Assembly: GCA_013239625.1 (NCBI GenBank)
Contig: MU053661.1
Location: 62,001-126,000, forward strand
Direction: 5' to 3'
Source: Lama guanicoe
Lineage: Eukaryota
DNA length: 64,000 nt
Under the pieces are notes generated by a model, which saw nothing but the letters and a program-made list of their open reading frames with translations, ran no database searches and had not been told where the DNA came from. The translations under genes and the position numbers were made by a program. Positions 25,562 through 38,800 of this stretch are shown here, piece after piece. The stretch's first letter is position 1; each line of letters begins with the position of its first letter.

Positions 25562-26555
25562 CATCTAATAAAATATAGGCTTTTCCCCTATTAAATTGTG
25601 CAATTCAGGAGCATTAGGGGCATTCACAATGTTGTGCGACAATCACTACCATCTAGTTTCACACTATTTCTTTCCTCAAAGTGAAACCTTGGATCCAGAG
25701 CACGCACTCCCCTCCCTCCTCACCCAGCCCCTGACAATCCCAAGTCCTCTTTCTCTTGGCGTGTCTTTATTTCTACTGGGTGTTCCCTGCCAATGAAATT
25801 TTAAAAAAGGGTTTTTTCCTCCCTGCCCACATGTTTTAAGCTGGGGCTGAGGATTTTTGTTTGTTTTCACTTGAAACAGCATTTTTATTATTTTCAGGGG
25901 ATATCCAGGGGGATTAAAGATGTGATGCACAAAATGAAGCCCTTTTAGTAACTCTGTGCATAATCTCAGGGTAGACACTGCTGTTCCCCCTGTGACACCA
26001 CAGCCAGAAGACACAAAGGAGATGCTTAGCTCTTCCTGTGGCAAAAACCAAACCAAACAAATCAAAAAAAATTAATAAAAGCCCAGAAAAATTGCTTGAA
26101 ATACAAACCACAACCTGGAAAATGCATTCCTCATAACCCAAGGTTGGAGAAATGTTTCCCATCCCTGTAGTCCAAAATCCTTTTGAAACCCAGTGTTCTA
26201 AACAGAAACAGAACAGGCATGGGCAGTTCCAATGAGAGGCAATGCAGGTGGCCAGTGTGTGTTAGAGATGCTTGACCTCTCAGGTGAGAACAGAGGCAGA
26301 GAGAAACACTGCAGAGACAGCACCGGTCACCATCACACTGGCGGGTCTTTAGTCAGGTGACAACCAGCTCTGGTGACAATGTAAGCAGGCAGAGTCTCCA
26401 GCAGATCCCCCGGAGTGAAGAGTGAAGGGACGCTCGTCTTCAGGAGAACAGGGTGCAGGACACATCAAAGGGCCACAGTTGCATTTCTTCCCCAGAAGTT
26501 CTGATCCTTACAGTTCATCCCATTAAAACCCTTTCACACCTATTCAAAGATGCCT
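25562..26555 (+). repeat. ~1-kb diverged direct repeat, copy B (3' flank of the RalGDS-like unit)
   Basis: Collinear with 21920-22900. Confidence 0.88.
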
Positions 26556-27169
26556 TTTCAAGGGTGTTCATCACAGCACTGGTTGAAATAGTCGGAATTA
26601 AAGCAACACTAATGTTGATTGAGAGGGGATGGGGTCCATTCGTCCTGGTTCATGTGGATGAATGAATGCTGTGCAGTTGGAAAAGTGGGTGTCTGTTCTC
26701 AACCCAATGTCAAGGGAGGCCTCAGGGTGGAAGTATGCAGATCCAGTCTCTGCATCCAGGGTCCCATCTGGACGACCACATATGTGTGAAATCAATATAG
26801 ATGGAAATTGTTCTGATTATGAGTGTGTGAGAGACAGAGATGGAGAGAGACATACTGAGAGACACAGAGACTGAGACATAAGCACCAAATCATTCATGAC
26901 AGTCACCGCTGTGGGTGGGAATTACAAATCTCTTCTCTTTTAGGCAATATTTCAATTTTTTGTAATGTGTCTGTATTACTATCCTAATTCTAAAAGAATT
27001 AAAATCCTATGTTAAAGTGACCCATTCATTACTCATCTATGGAGTAATTAAAGTACATTAATCCTATTTTTAAAAGACTTTAAAGCCTTCTCAGGACTCA
27101 GTTCCATGTCAGCTCCGAGGCAGCAGAGGTTCTCCAGGAGGTCGTGTCTCTTCTGAATCAGCATCCAAT

Positions 27170-27465
27170 ACAAGTGTGGAAGAAGTACCAGACTTGGACA
27201 CTGAAGACTACAATAGATCAGAGAGTCTCTTGAGAGAAATTAAGACCTACATTCACAGAGAATAATCCCATATTCATGGAGAAGATGGCTTCATTCTTCT
27301 AAGATGACAATAGTCCACGAATAGATCTAAAGATTCAAAGAATGCCTACCCAAATCCCAGGTGGTGTTTTGCAGGAATTGACAATCTATCTAAAATTCAC
27401 GTGGAAAATCCAGGGGGTCAGAATACATGAGTGAATCTTGAAAAAGAAGAACAAAGTTCGAGGAA
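27170..27465 (+). mobile_element. Old LINE-1 ORF2 fragment
   Basis: cccatattcatggag..aagatgacaat..caaatcccag..ttgaaaaagaagaacaaagtt. Confidence 0.7.
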
Positions 27466-28649
27466 TGGAAAGTCAGATGGAACCCACGGTTAATACAAAA
27501 GCTCTTTAAGCTGAAGAAAACTGAGATTCAAAAGATGTAGAAGAAAACCTGTCATGGAAGCCAATTCTCTCCTCTCCCTTTGCCCTATTTAGTTAGGTTG
27601 ATAACAAAGCCTTTAACTTTCACCATTTAACATGGTAGGTACTTTTCTGGTTGGCTCCTGCGTGTGTATAAATAAACCGTTTCTCTCGTTCATCTCCTCT
27701 TTACTTCTGTGGGCTCTTTGGGAGGGACTCTGGATTATGGGGACCTGCTCTTTTCTCACCTTCTTTAGTGACATCTTTTGTCCATCGTGAAGTGCTTAAA
27801 AAAAAGAAAAGGCTCATTGGTTTGGGGTCAGATTTGGAACATGTATACCTTTGGAGACCCCCTGGAGGAACAAGGGGGTTCAATACTGCTGGGAGAACTT
27901 ACTTGTCAAAATGCCTAACAAGACTCTATTTGCAAGGTTTTTTTTAAAGATTCTTACCCTAAAACAAATCCCCTATCTAAACCTCTTGGATGATCAAATA
28001 GAAAGAAAAAAGGAGAATCATGTCTGGCCCAAGAACACTTGCTTAACAAAATGGAAGGACAGAATCAGTTTCGGAGCAAAAATTAAAATGCATTTATACC
28101 ATCAACCCTCCCACCCTTTTGTACACTGTCCTCATGTAATCTGCCAGATGGCCCCCTGGAGAAGGCCCTTTGCCCGGAACTCGTGCTCATTTTCAGAGCT
28201 CGGCCAAGCGGGAGGTTGGTCCCCAGGGCCTGAGAGGGGCTATGTGTGAAATCTTCTCTGCTGAGACCCAGTGGGCTGAAGGGAACTGTGTTCTCTGAGG
28301 GAGAGAGAGCACACCGAGCCTCTGTGGAGGCATCTCTGAGATCCTCCCAAAGGCACACAGCTCTAAATCTGGACACGGGAATTTTTGATTGGCATCTTAG
28401 TTGGAAATCTCCTCCTGGATAGAAAGAAGCAGATTCAAGATGTTGCAATTGGATGGGCAGGTCGTCCTCTCGAATTAGTCGATGAGGAGGACACCCAATT
28501 CTCTTCAGAAGTAGGAACACCCATCCCTGCTCTGCTGACTTCATCTACAGAGACGCGACTCTAGGGAGAATTCAACACCCACCAACCCTTCTTACCGACG
28601 TCAACATCCCCACTTTATTCTCCTGTCAGGTCTCTGCACAAAAACTGTG

Positions 28650-29375
28650 GCTCATCCCCAAATATCACATACCCATCACCCTGTACCACTCTGTGTCTGT
28701 GTCCAACTCGAGCATTAAGGCCTGTGACCGTTACTGTTAATTCGTGTCCCCCTTTCTGCCCGTCTCCCGCCATCATCCCAGTCCAACCTCGGTGTCTCTC
28801 TCCAGGTCAGCAGTACTCTTCCCACTGGCTTCCCATCAGCTTACCTTGCCCTGCTTCCATTGCTTATTCCCCATACGTTACCCACAACGGTCTTATTAAA
28901 GTATGAATCAGATCAAGTTGTTCCGCTTTGCAAAATACTTTCGTGATTTTCCATTGTATTCAGAAGGATATCCAGAGTCCCTACCAAGGCCCCATGTGAT
29001 CCGGGCCCTAATCCGTCTCTGCAGACTCAGCTCTCACCGTTCTGCTCCAGCCCATCTTCACCGCCCCGATGGTCCCCACCAGGACAGCTGTGTTTGTAAC
29101 TCCAAGTCTCGTACTTACACTTCTCCCGGACTGGGAGGCTTTTCTTGTCTGTTACCTACGTGGCTTATTCTTTTGCTTTATTCAGGACTTTGTTCAAATT
29201 ATTTACCCTCAGAGAGGACTTATCTGACCAGATTATTTAAAATAGCATGCACATATTTCCTATTCAAACATTTTCTCTCCTAATATGCTTTATGTTTCTT
29301 TGTAGCAATTATTAGTACCTGGCAGTACATCATATATTTATTTGTTTACTGGTTTACTCTCTGTCTTTCTTACTA
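28650..29375 (+). mobile_element. LINE-2 fragment
   Basis: aatcagatcaag..., ttcaggactttgttcaaat..cctcagagagg, pyrimidine-rich; boundaries approximate. Confidence 0.55.
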
Positions 29376-29689
29376 AACCTATATTCATAGAACCACTAAC
29401 AACTGTTTTAACCAGTAACTTTCAAACCGCCTTTAAATGAATTCTTTTATAAGATGAGAATTTCAGAGGCTTCCACGGGTTGCTTAGGGGAAAAAAGAGA
29501 AAGGATTCAGGTTGAACTAATTTATTAAGGACCTGGGAGTTGATTATTTATTTTATACATAGTAGTGTGTATCTGTTAATCCCAAACTCCTAATCTAGCA
29601 AAAGACCTAGCTAACTACTAAGTTTAAAAGAATTTTTTTTCTTTTCAAACTGGGGTTGTATGAGATCTCTTTTCTTCTTTGTTATTTTT

Positions 29690-29782
29690 CTCTTTTTAAA
29701 GACTTTTTCTTATTATTTTTTTACATTGAGGTACCACAAGTTGAATCCAGCACGTACTCTATCCCTTGAACTATACCATCCC
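29690..29782 (-). mobile_element. Degenerate vic-1-like SINE
   Basis: Reverse complement gggatggtatagttcaagggatagagtacgtgctggattcaac, T-rich on +. Confidence 0.6.
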
Positions 29783-31904
29783 GTCCAAAGACAATTATTT
29801 TTATACTTTGACAATACCATATTGAATTAAGATTTTTGTTCCATTTTCCCTTCATAGAGTTTATAACTGAGGGAGAGAGTCAGAGGAAGCCCTGGGCCAA
29901 ACCTTCCTTCTCAGAGGGTCACTACACAGCAGAGGAGCTTGGCTGTCTCCAGGCCCAGCTCACCTTTCTGCTCTGAGGGCAGACTCAGGCCACTTCTCTT
30001 AAAAGTGGCATGTTAGAAGCAGCAGAAAGCCAACTAGCGAGCAACAATGACAAAACTGACCCCCCTGCAGTTGGACATCATCTGCTCTGAAACGAACCTC
30101 TTAAATCTCTTATTCCTATTAGTGGATGGTTTTCAAAAATATTCCCAAGGGGATGAATCTCACTCCATTTTTCTGGATTTCTTGGGCCTTCTATGACTTT
30201 AACTGCAGGCTTGATTTTCTGCACAACGTCTGCATTGAAGCCAGGCAGAACACGTGAACAGACCTTGCAGGCCACAGCTGAGGCCTCCGGTCAAAGCATC
30301 CTTGTTGTGCAGAGCCTACGTTCATGGGAATATTTTCATGACTTCTGTAATTAGTTCTCATCCAAGTGTCCCAACGGAAATGTTTCTAGATAGAAGGTGG
30401 CTTGACGCAGATGAGCAGTGGGGATGTTGAATGCAGATGGCAGACAGACTGGAAGGAGAAAAGGGAAATGTTTCTTCAGGCTTCAGGCTTTGGAAGATTT
30501 CTGATTTTTATATGGACATTAAACTTGGTCAGGCTGAAGCACCATTTGCTCTAAGACGGGGTGATATATACGTATCCCTACAACTTCTAAAACATATGTT
30601 GAAGCTGGACGTGACAGCCTAGGGGACAGACAGCTTTGAGTGACACCTCTGTTCCAGGATGCCTATGATCTCGGGCTCACAAAGAGGAAAAGAATGCACA
30701 TATTTTGCCTCTGTAGTTCTATGTGAAATTATTTTGACCCTTGCGGATGGTGTAAGATCAGATAGCATGTAGTCTTCCTTACATCCAAAGACGACAATTC
30801 TTTTTGATGAGTCAGCAGACTGTTTCCAATGGCCCGGGGTCTGTGCCCGACATTATCTAGCTAGACAAATACCACACAGCCCCCCATCCCTCAAGGAGAT
30901 CACAGTGTGTCGTGGAAGAGACAAATTTAAATAGATTTTCAAAACAATGTGGTAAGAGTCACATGGCATCATATATAACATATGTTCAGAAGGGCTCTTG
31001 CACTGCCTGGGGCTGGGTTCTAGAAGGTAGGGAAGGTGTCAGAGAGGAAATGCTTTCTGCACTGACATCTGATGGATTCCATCAAATCTCTAGACCAGGA
31101 GAGTGCGTGGTGGGGACGGGATTCTCCGCAGCTTATGTGTCTCGTGCAGAGGTCTGGTCGTGTCTAAGAGCACTTTGCACTTAGTGAAGGATGGTCAGTG
31201 AGGCTAGAGGCTGTGGGGAACTAACAGAAGCTGAGGCTGAAAAAAAGCAGCAACTAGGTGATGAGAAGGTGTGACGTTAAATCGGGGAGCATGGATTTCC
31301 TCACATACGCAGTGGGGAATTCTTTGGGGTTTTAAGGAGGAGAGTGACACAAATTAGTCATTAAAAGTGAGAAAAGTGGATTGTTCACTCTAAAGAACAG
31401 CACTGGGGAGACTAGCAAGGGGTGCGAATTAATGCAGTGGGGAGCGAGGGGCGGGGACTTAGTTGGGGGACATTAAGGAAGAGAATAGTAGTACTGACGG
31501 GGATGAGGAATTGGAAAAGTAAAGGAAAACTCCCAGATGTATGTCACGGAAAACAGATGGGATAGTGATGCCATTGTTTGAAGAAGTAAACCTAGTTCTG
31601 AGCGAGTGTAAATCCAAACATACAGAGCTTGAGATTTTTATGGACTAATCAAGTGGGAATGTCTACTTGTCAATTATAAGTATATTTCTGGGACTGAAAT
31701 GAAATGTCCTTGCTGGGAAAGATTTGACAGATAATCAGTGGACAGAGAGAAGTTGAAGCAACGGGAATAAATGCCACCCACTGACATTTTTATCAAAGAA
31801 AAGGGAAGAGGGCACTTCTGGTTCAGAAAATATGGCAGACCGGAAACTTGAAGACCCACTCACTAAAGACACATAAAAACGTAGGACACAATGCCGCCAA
31901 ACTT

Positions 31905-32575
31905 TTCTTGTTTTTTTTTTTTTTTATTTTACAGGCACCTTTATTGTGGTATGATTCCTGTATAGTAAATTACACATATTTCACATGTCCTATTTGATCA
32001 ATTTGATAGATGTCTACACCCAGAAAACCATCACCACAATCAAGATAGCTAACATTTCAATAACTCCCCAAGAGGGACACTTTTCCAATTCCCATATTTA
32101 TCCCTTCCCATCCCCTTCTCTCCCTGGTAACCGTAAGTTTGTTTCTGTATGCTGTGGGTCTGTTTCTCTTTTGTAGTTAAGTTCATGTGTGTCTTTTTCT
32201 AGATTCCACATATAAGTGATATCATATGGCATTTTCCTATTTTTCTGGTTTACTTCACTTAGAATGACTATCTCTACGTCCATCCATGTTGCTGCAAATG
32301 ACATTATTTGGTTCTTTTTAATGGCTGAGTNNNNNNNNNNNNNNNNNNNNNNNNNNNNNNNNNNNNNNNNNNNNNNNNNNNNNNNNNNNNNNNNNNNNNN
32401 NNNNNNNNNNNNNNNNNNNNNNNNNNNNNNNNNNNTATTATAAATTGCTGTGAGCATTGAGGTGCATGTGACTTTTTGAATTAGAGTTTCCTTCTGACAT
32501 ATGCCCGGGAGTGGGAAGGCTGGATCATGAGTTAAGTCTATTTTCAGCTTTTAAAGGAAATTCCACACTGTCTTC
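31905..32575 (-). mobile_element. Antisense LINE-1 3' fragments spanning a gap
   Basis: tagattccacatataagtgatatcat..., ccatccatgttgctgcaaatg. Confidence 0.85.
32331..32435. other. Assembly gap
   Basis: Run of N. Confidence 1.
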
Positions 32576-32791
32576 TCTATTGAAAATGCAGCCCGTTTTG
32601 TGAAAGCAGAGCCATGCTCAGAAAATAATGGGTATTTCTAGGGGCCAGACATGAAGCACAGTGAGTGTGGCCTGTTCAAGAATCAGAGGGCAGTCTGCCA
32701 GGGCTGGGGGAGAGTAACAAGGGAAGTGTGGTACAGGTAGGATTCAGACAACGTGGGGACCTGACAGGCTGGGATAAGGAGCCTGGACTTC

Positions 32792-32938
32792 CAGTCATCC
32801 CTCGGTAACCATGAGGCACTGGTTCCAGGACTCCCCCCAACATCAACATCCATGGATGCTGACGCCTCTTGTATAAAATGGCATAAGACTTGCATGGAAA
32901 TTATGTGCACCCTCCCATGTAATTTATATATACATACT

Positions 32939-32970
<32 letters not shown>

Positions 32971-33290
32971 AATATACAAACATTTTTTATTGAGTTAGAG
33001 TCATTTTACAATATTAAATCAAATTCCAGCTTAGAGCACAATTTTTCAGCTATACATGAATATACACGTACATTCGTTGTCACATTCTCTTTTGCTGTGT
33101 CCTCCTGTGTACTTTAAGTCATCTCTAGATTACTCACAGTATCTAATACAACATGAATGCTATGTAAGTAGTTGTCAGTGTATGGCAAATTCAAGTGTTG
33201 CTTTTTGAAACTTTCTGTTTTTCCATGAATATTTTCAAACCACTGTTAGTTCAATCTGCTGGATAGGGAGCCCCTAGATATGGAGAACCC
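32792..33290. mobile_element. MER2-like (Tigger) DNA transposon interrupted by a short antisense L1 tail (~32925-33100)
   Basis: cagtcatccctcggta..ggttccaggac..aagtcatctctagattact; insertion flanked by cctcc(ca/tg)tgta(a/c)ttta. Confidence 0.75.
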
Positions 33291-33418
33291 CCAAGCTCTT
33301 CCTTTCCACCTCCTAAATTTCCACTGCAAGCACTGAAGGAGTCCAAACATAGAAGAGCGCCATCTACCTGCTGGAAACGCTGAGGAATTCCTTCAGCTTA
33401 TGTAGCGCAGGACAGAAG

Positions 33419-33538
33419 NNNNNNNNNNNNNNNNNNNNNNNNNNNNNNNNNNNNNNNNNNNNNNNNNNNNNNNNNNNNNNNNNNNNNNNNNNNNNNNNNN
33501 NNNNNNNNNNNNNNNNNNNNNNNNNNNNNNNNNNNNNN
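33419..33538. other. Assembly gap
   Basis: Run of N. Confidence 1.
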
Positions 33539-35478
33539 ATACCCTTACCTAGCTGATAGCAGTAAGGGACGCCGAGGAACTGGAGACATGTCACATGGGG
33601 GGCGATCCTGGCCACCATGTGCAGGGTTCGCATAGCTGGGACCCAGTTTGCAAGATCAAAATAACAAGGGGGGAGAGGGGCTGCCTCAGTCCCAGGATCC
33701 TGACAACAGCCACAGCGCCGTGACCCCCAGCTAATGCGGCTCCGCTAGTAAGCCAGAAAAAGGAAACTCTGAGCCAAGATATTGCAGATTCCACTGCAGC
33801 CACATGGATAACTAGATCTCTAAGCTGACAAAATGTAACCACCAGAAACAGGAATCTTTCCTTTTTTCTTCATTTGGTCCTTTGGACAGGGAGCCACACA
33901 TCTCTGAAGGGAACCGTCATTAATCCAATAGAGAGCTCACTTTTTCAGGAATAAGCATGGAGAAAACGAGTGGGGTCATGGTTTAAAGCAGAAATCAAAG
34001 CGGAAGCCCATCTGAGAAATGGTAAAAACATGCATCTCAATGAATCCGAGCTATGGCGAAAAGAAGGAGGAAGGTTATGGAAATCTCTATCCAGCAGACA
34101 AGACTAGCCAGTTACAAAAAGACAGGACTTTAAATCAAGAAAACTTTTTTGTTTTTTTGGTGATGAAAAACAATGCCATCTTTTAAAACAAGTCTTGGGC
34201 CATCAACAACACGCTGAGAGTTGTTGAGAAGGAGAATATAAAGCTGCATATAGACATGAAAGTGTTCCAAGTCCACCACTCGAAAAAACTTAGCCAATCA
34301 TGTGTCCAGTTGATTTGAAAATCCTGATAAGTAAATAACTCAAAAGTGAGAAAGACATGGTATTAAATCGTGGTAGTGAACAATGAAATCCAAGAAGTTT
34401 ATACCTATGTTTTCATTGTTAATATAACAAACTGAAAGCAACTGTCAAAAAGTAGTAACTGGAGGACACACACACACATACACACACACGCACACACACA
34501 CAATCTGGAACAGCAGAGAGGTAAATTATGCTAAATTTTTCATTATTGTGGAACAGGATCTAATAGATTATTTCATTTTTGATAGTGTTATAGGAATACT
34601 GGTCCAATTACATATAAAATTATGAACTTAGAGATGATTTATAAAAGTTTAGAGAGAATTTTCATTAATAGGCAATATAGCTTCCAAATCATTGAAGAGA
34701 AAATTAACAATAAAAAATTAATCAATCCAGCTAATATGGAGTAAAAGAGACCATATTTACCATCCTAAAATAAACCACAAAATGGATACAATAATGAAGC
34801 AATGATTTTCAAGACACGTGAAAACGATCATCCACTAGGACCCTGTCCTGCCACCCCCATAACAAGGCTGCTAGGCCTCCTACTGCCATCACCAAGAATG
34901 TCCACCAAGAGGCTACATTTCCTTCCTCTGCTCCTACTGCAGAGCCAGTCCTGAGCAGTCCTTTTCCAGGTTTTGGCAGGCAGCTCCCAGAAGTGCTCTC
35001 GTGGGCCTTGGTCCCTTTTGGCCACCAGCAAAGGGATCAAGGGTGATCAGTGAGCCTCCTTCCTCATCCAAGACCTAGGAATGTATCTGACTTCTGAGCA
35101 GGGCTTCACTCTTGTCTGTTGTCTGGTACTCTCCGCCCGGCTTCCCGAGTCCGCGGCTTGGGCAGCCTGCACGCTGGCCACAGCCCATCAGAATGTTCCC
35201 CCGCCAAGAGGCCACGTGTGATCGTGAGCAGGGCCCCAGGCCTCTGGAGCAACGTGGCTTGGACTGCGTCCTGGCCCTGGGCGCGCGAGCTCCATGCCTT
35301 TGGTTGAGTCAGTTAACATCTCTAAGCTTAGTTTCCTCATCAGCAAAATGAAGACATATCTATATGGAAAAAAAAATCAGAATCGGGTGGGTAATAAATT
35401 TCTGGTGACTGAAGATTTTTTAATTTTGAATTATACAGCGAAAGACATCATACAAATTTTACTACTTCAGAATTCTAA

Positions 35479-35825
35479 AGGACAGCTTCTACTGTTTAAA
35501 CTAATGCATGCCCGTACACACAAACACACGTGCAAGGACAGCTTCTACTGTTAAAACTAATGCATGCACGGACACACAAACACACGTGCAGACACACTGG
35601 CTTTGCTCCACATACTTCCCTACACACACACGTACATGGACTCATGTACCACACACACACATACCATACACACAACCACACACGTCCCCAGGCGCACACA
35701 CACACAGCATACACACAACCACATACATCCCCAGGCGCACGCGTGCACAGCCACACACACACTCACAGTCATGTACAACACAATTCCCCAGGTGTGTGTG
35801 TGCACACACACACGTCATACACACC
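35479..35825. repeat. ~55-bp tandem duplication followed by degenerate (CA)n-rich tract
   Basis: aaggacagcttctactgtt.aaactaatgcatgc...acaaacacacgtgc twice, then CA-rich low-complexity sequence. Confidence 0.85.
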
Positions 35826-38800
35826 TTTGGCGTTATTCTAAATCAATTTACAATTGAGGGTCTCAGTGTCCATTGTTTTATCCTCTCAGAAGATCCTGGC
35901 TTCGGAGCGTGAAGCAGGAGCCCCTCCTCTCTGGAGACGGTCTTTGCCACTTACAGTCCCATTAGAGCCAACATAACTGCTCTGGACTTTTGGAAGTGCA
36001 GTTCCAGAGCATACCTGGGAGCTCTCATCCTATATATCTAAACATTTTAAGTGCAGTATGTTAAAGTCCTATCTTTACAAATATACATTCATTATCAGGG
36101 GGAAGGCCAGGTTCAAAATTAGAATTCCCAGATTCAGGGGAGTCCTTCAAAGAAAGTGAGCATGCGGGGAGAGCTGATTCCCAGTCTCTGACCACTAGCC
36201 TGACCCTTTTTTTCCCAATGTTGGATCCATCCCTTGCCACAAGGGGCCTTGGATGTGCACAGGGGGACACTCAGTCCTCATGTCCGGGCTCTGCTCATAC
36301 CCTCCATGTATAAGCTGCCCTTTGGCCTTTCTGTGAGTCCTGGGAATCTGAACTTCTGGGAGAGCAGGTGCAGGCACTAGGAATGGGTCAGGGGCTGCTG
36401 AGACAGGGCATTTGGGGTCCTGGGTTTCTAGAGCACGGGATGGAGCCAATGACCATGTCCCCTTGGCCCTGCTGACTCCACCCCATGGCGGGCGTGGCCA
36501 GAGGAAGTGTCAGGGCCAGAGGGACCCTCTGTAGTGCAGGACCCAGGGCAGAGGGCCCCCTTGCTGGAGTCTAAGGGCAGAAGGCCTAAGGAAATGTCTG
36601 AGGAGGCTGTAAGGTATCATCATTCCCATTCATTAAACAAAAATAAAAGCATACCACAGGCGTGAGTGGAAAGGGTTTTGTTAGAACAAGGGAAGGCACT
36701 TGCCAAGGTCTGGCCATAGAGGGCTGGTGGGTTTGCCAGGTTGATGAGGAACCAAGAGGCCGTTAGTCCCCTCTGGGTCTAAACACCTCCTGAATTCCTC
36801 CGGGTGACACTGAAATGCAGTGAGGCACTGAACTCTCTTAAGTTGTTAAAATATTCATGGTGAGACATTCAACTCTCTCCTCATTCTTGGCTATGAAAGC
36901 ACGATAAACACAAGTGGGAATCACATCAGCCTGTTGGTTGGTTCACTGTCCATCTGGCGCCCCCTCTTGTAGGAGCCTTTATCACATCACTCATGGCTGA
37001 TCCACCCCAGGATTACAGCTGATTTTCTGCAGGTGTCATCATTTGCTGGTGACACGAAGGAGGCATGTTAGCCACCTCCCAAACACTGAGGCTTCTCCTG
37101 GGAGGAGCCTGCAGACCCCCAGTTCAGCCTCTGCACAATGATGCTCCTCAGTGTCACTCCTGGCTTGCTGCCCTGGCCAGAACCTCACTAGATTGTCAAT
37201 AAGTGTCACCCATATACCACATCTAAGCTTGGGGTCCAGATGTGACCATGGTTCTTATTTTCTTCCCATCGATGGATTGTTTGATCTTCGTGTAATCGTG
37301 TTGGCAGGATGGCCAGTACTACCCTCTTGGGGCCTCCCCGAGCCACCTCTGTCTATAACTGTCCTAGCACCCCAGGGGATCGGGTCTGAAGCCTTGCACT
37401 CAGACACGAGGATGACAGCTGGAGAGACAGGAATCCACTCCTGCTGTGGCTTCTGCTGAGTCTCGATGTGGCCATACAAACGGATCCCACAGGCCCTGAA
37501 TTCACTTGACTCGCTGCAGGGATGCTCCCACACTGCCCCATTCCCCCCAGAGACCGAGGGCTTTCTGCTTGTTTCCGAAGGCCCTACCCCCGAGGGGGAA
37601 CTGGGTCCAGTGGAGCATCCAACTTGCTTCCCCACCAGCCCTTAGGGCTTTCTTGGGGCCTGGAACATCAACTACCCTCCCCTTAGGGGCCCGTTTGTCC
37701 TTTCCAGCCAACAGACCTAGGTCATAAGCACTTTAATTCACCTGAGGGTGTTTTCCTCACTTCGGGGGCAGTGAGGACTGGGTTTCTTCACACTCCAAGT
37801 GCCCCCGGTCTGGATGCAGACAGTCTGGCTCTCCCCCCAGTACTGCAGGTCCCGGCCACACCTGCTGCTGGTCACTGAGTCTGTGCTGTGTTCTCTTCCA
37901 GGACAAGAGGTGCACTCTGCCCCCTGCCTCGTCCCCACCAGCGGTGGCAGAGTCAACGGACACCCAGGTGAGCTGGAGCCTGAGACCGTGCCCGCAAATC
38001 AGTGCCCCAGAGGCCGCTGGTGACTAGAGGGACCACGGGGCAGAAGCCAGCATGAGAAGGGAGGAGGAGGAGGGTTCAGGATAAGAAGATGAAAGGGGGA
38101 ACGGAAAGCACCGTGAGGACCACGACCATGAAAGGGAAGAGAAAAGAGTGACAGCTGGAGCGGTGTCAGCATTAAAAGCTGTGGGCTTTTTTAAAAAATT
38201 TTATTAATTACCAAAATATTGACAGATTTCTTACTTTATTAAAGATTATGTGCCATGTCATATAACAGGATATAGTATGATATTATTTATTAAATAATAC
38301 ATAATAGAAGATATACTAGCATATTATGTTCTGTTTATTTATTAGCAGATAGTATATAATATATATGTAGGTGTTTTTATACATAATATATAATTAATAC
38401 ACCTATATAACATATAACCCATAACAAATAATGTAAGATTATGATTAATGTATAATATAACAAGATTACATGACAATAATGATGTAATTTATCCATTGTA
38501 TGTCTTGGTTCATGAAACATTCTCATCGTAGGTGCCTGTCAGAGGTATTTATGTATTAAAATTAGTATTATAAGACACAGCTATGAACTTATCACCCAGC
38601 ATCATAACAGGAATATTGACAGTGACATACTGTGTCCTCTTTCCCTATCCTGCTCTTGGCCTCCTCTCACAGGAAGTAACCAGCATCCTGAATCCTGGCT
38701 TACCATTCTCTTGTGTTATTTTCACACATACAATATTTAAGATCAGTTAAAACAAATGAACTGCAGGTACATGCAACGAAATGGATGAATCACACACTCT

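Noticed and set aside
28083..28544. 153-aa minus-strand ORF after a possible acceptor
   Set aside because: No recognisable homology in any frame; cannot be supported without a search.
36600..37740. Possible ancient retroelement pol remnant
   Set aside because: No RT/RNase H/integrase motif could be read out; left unannotated.
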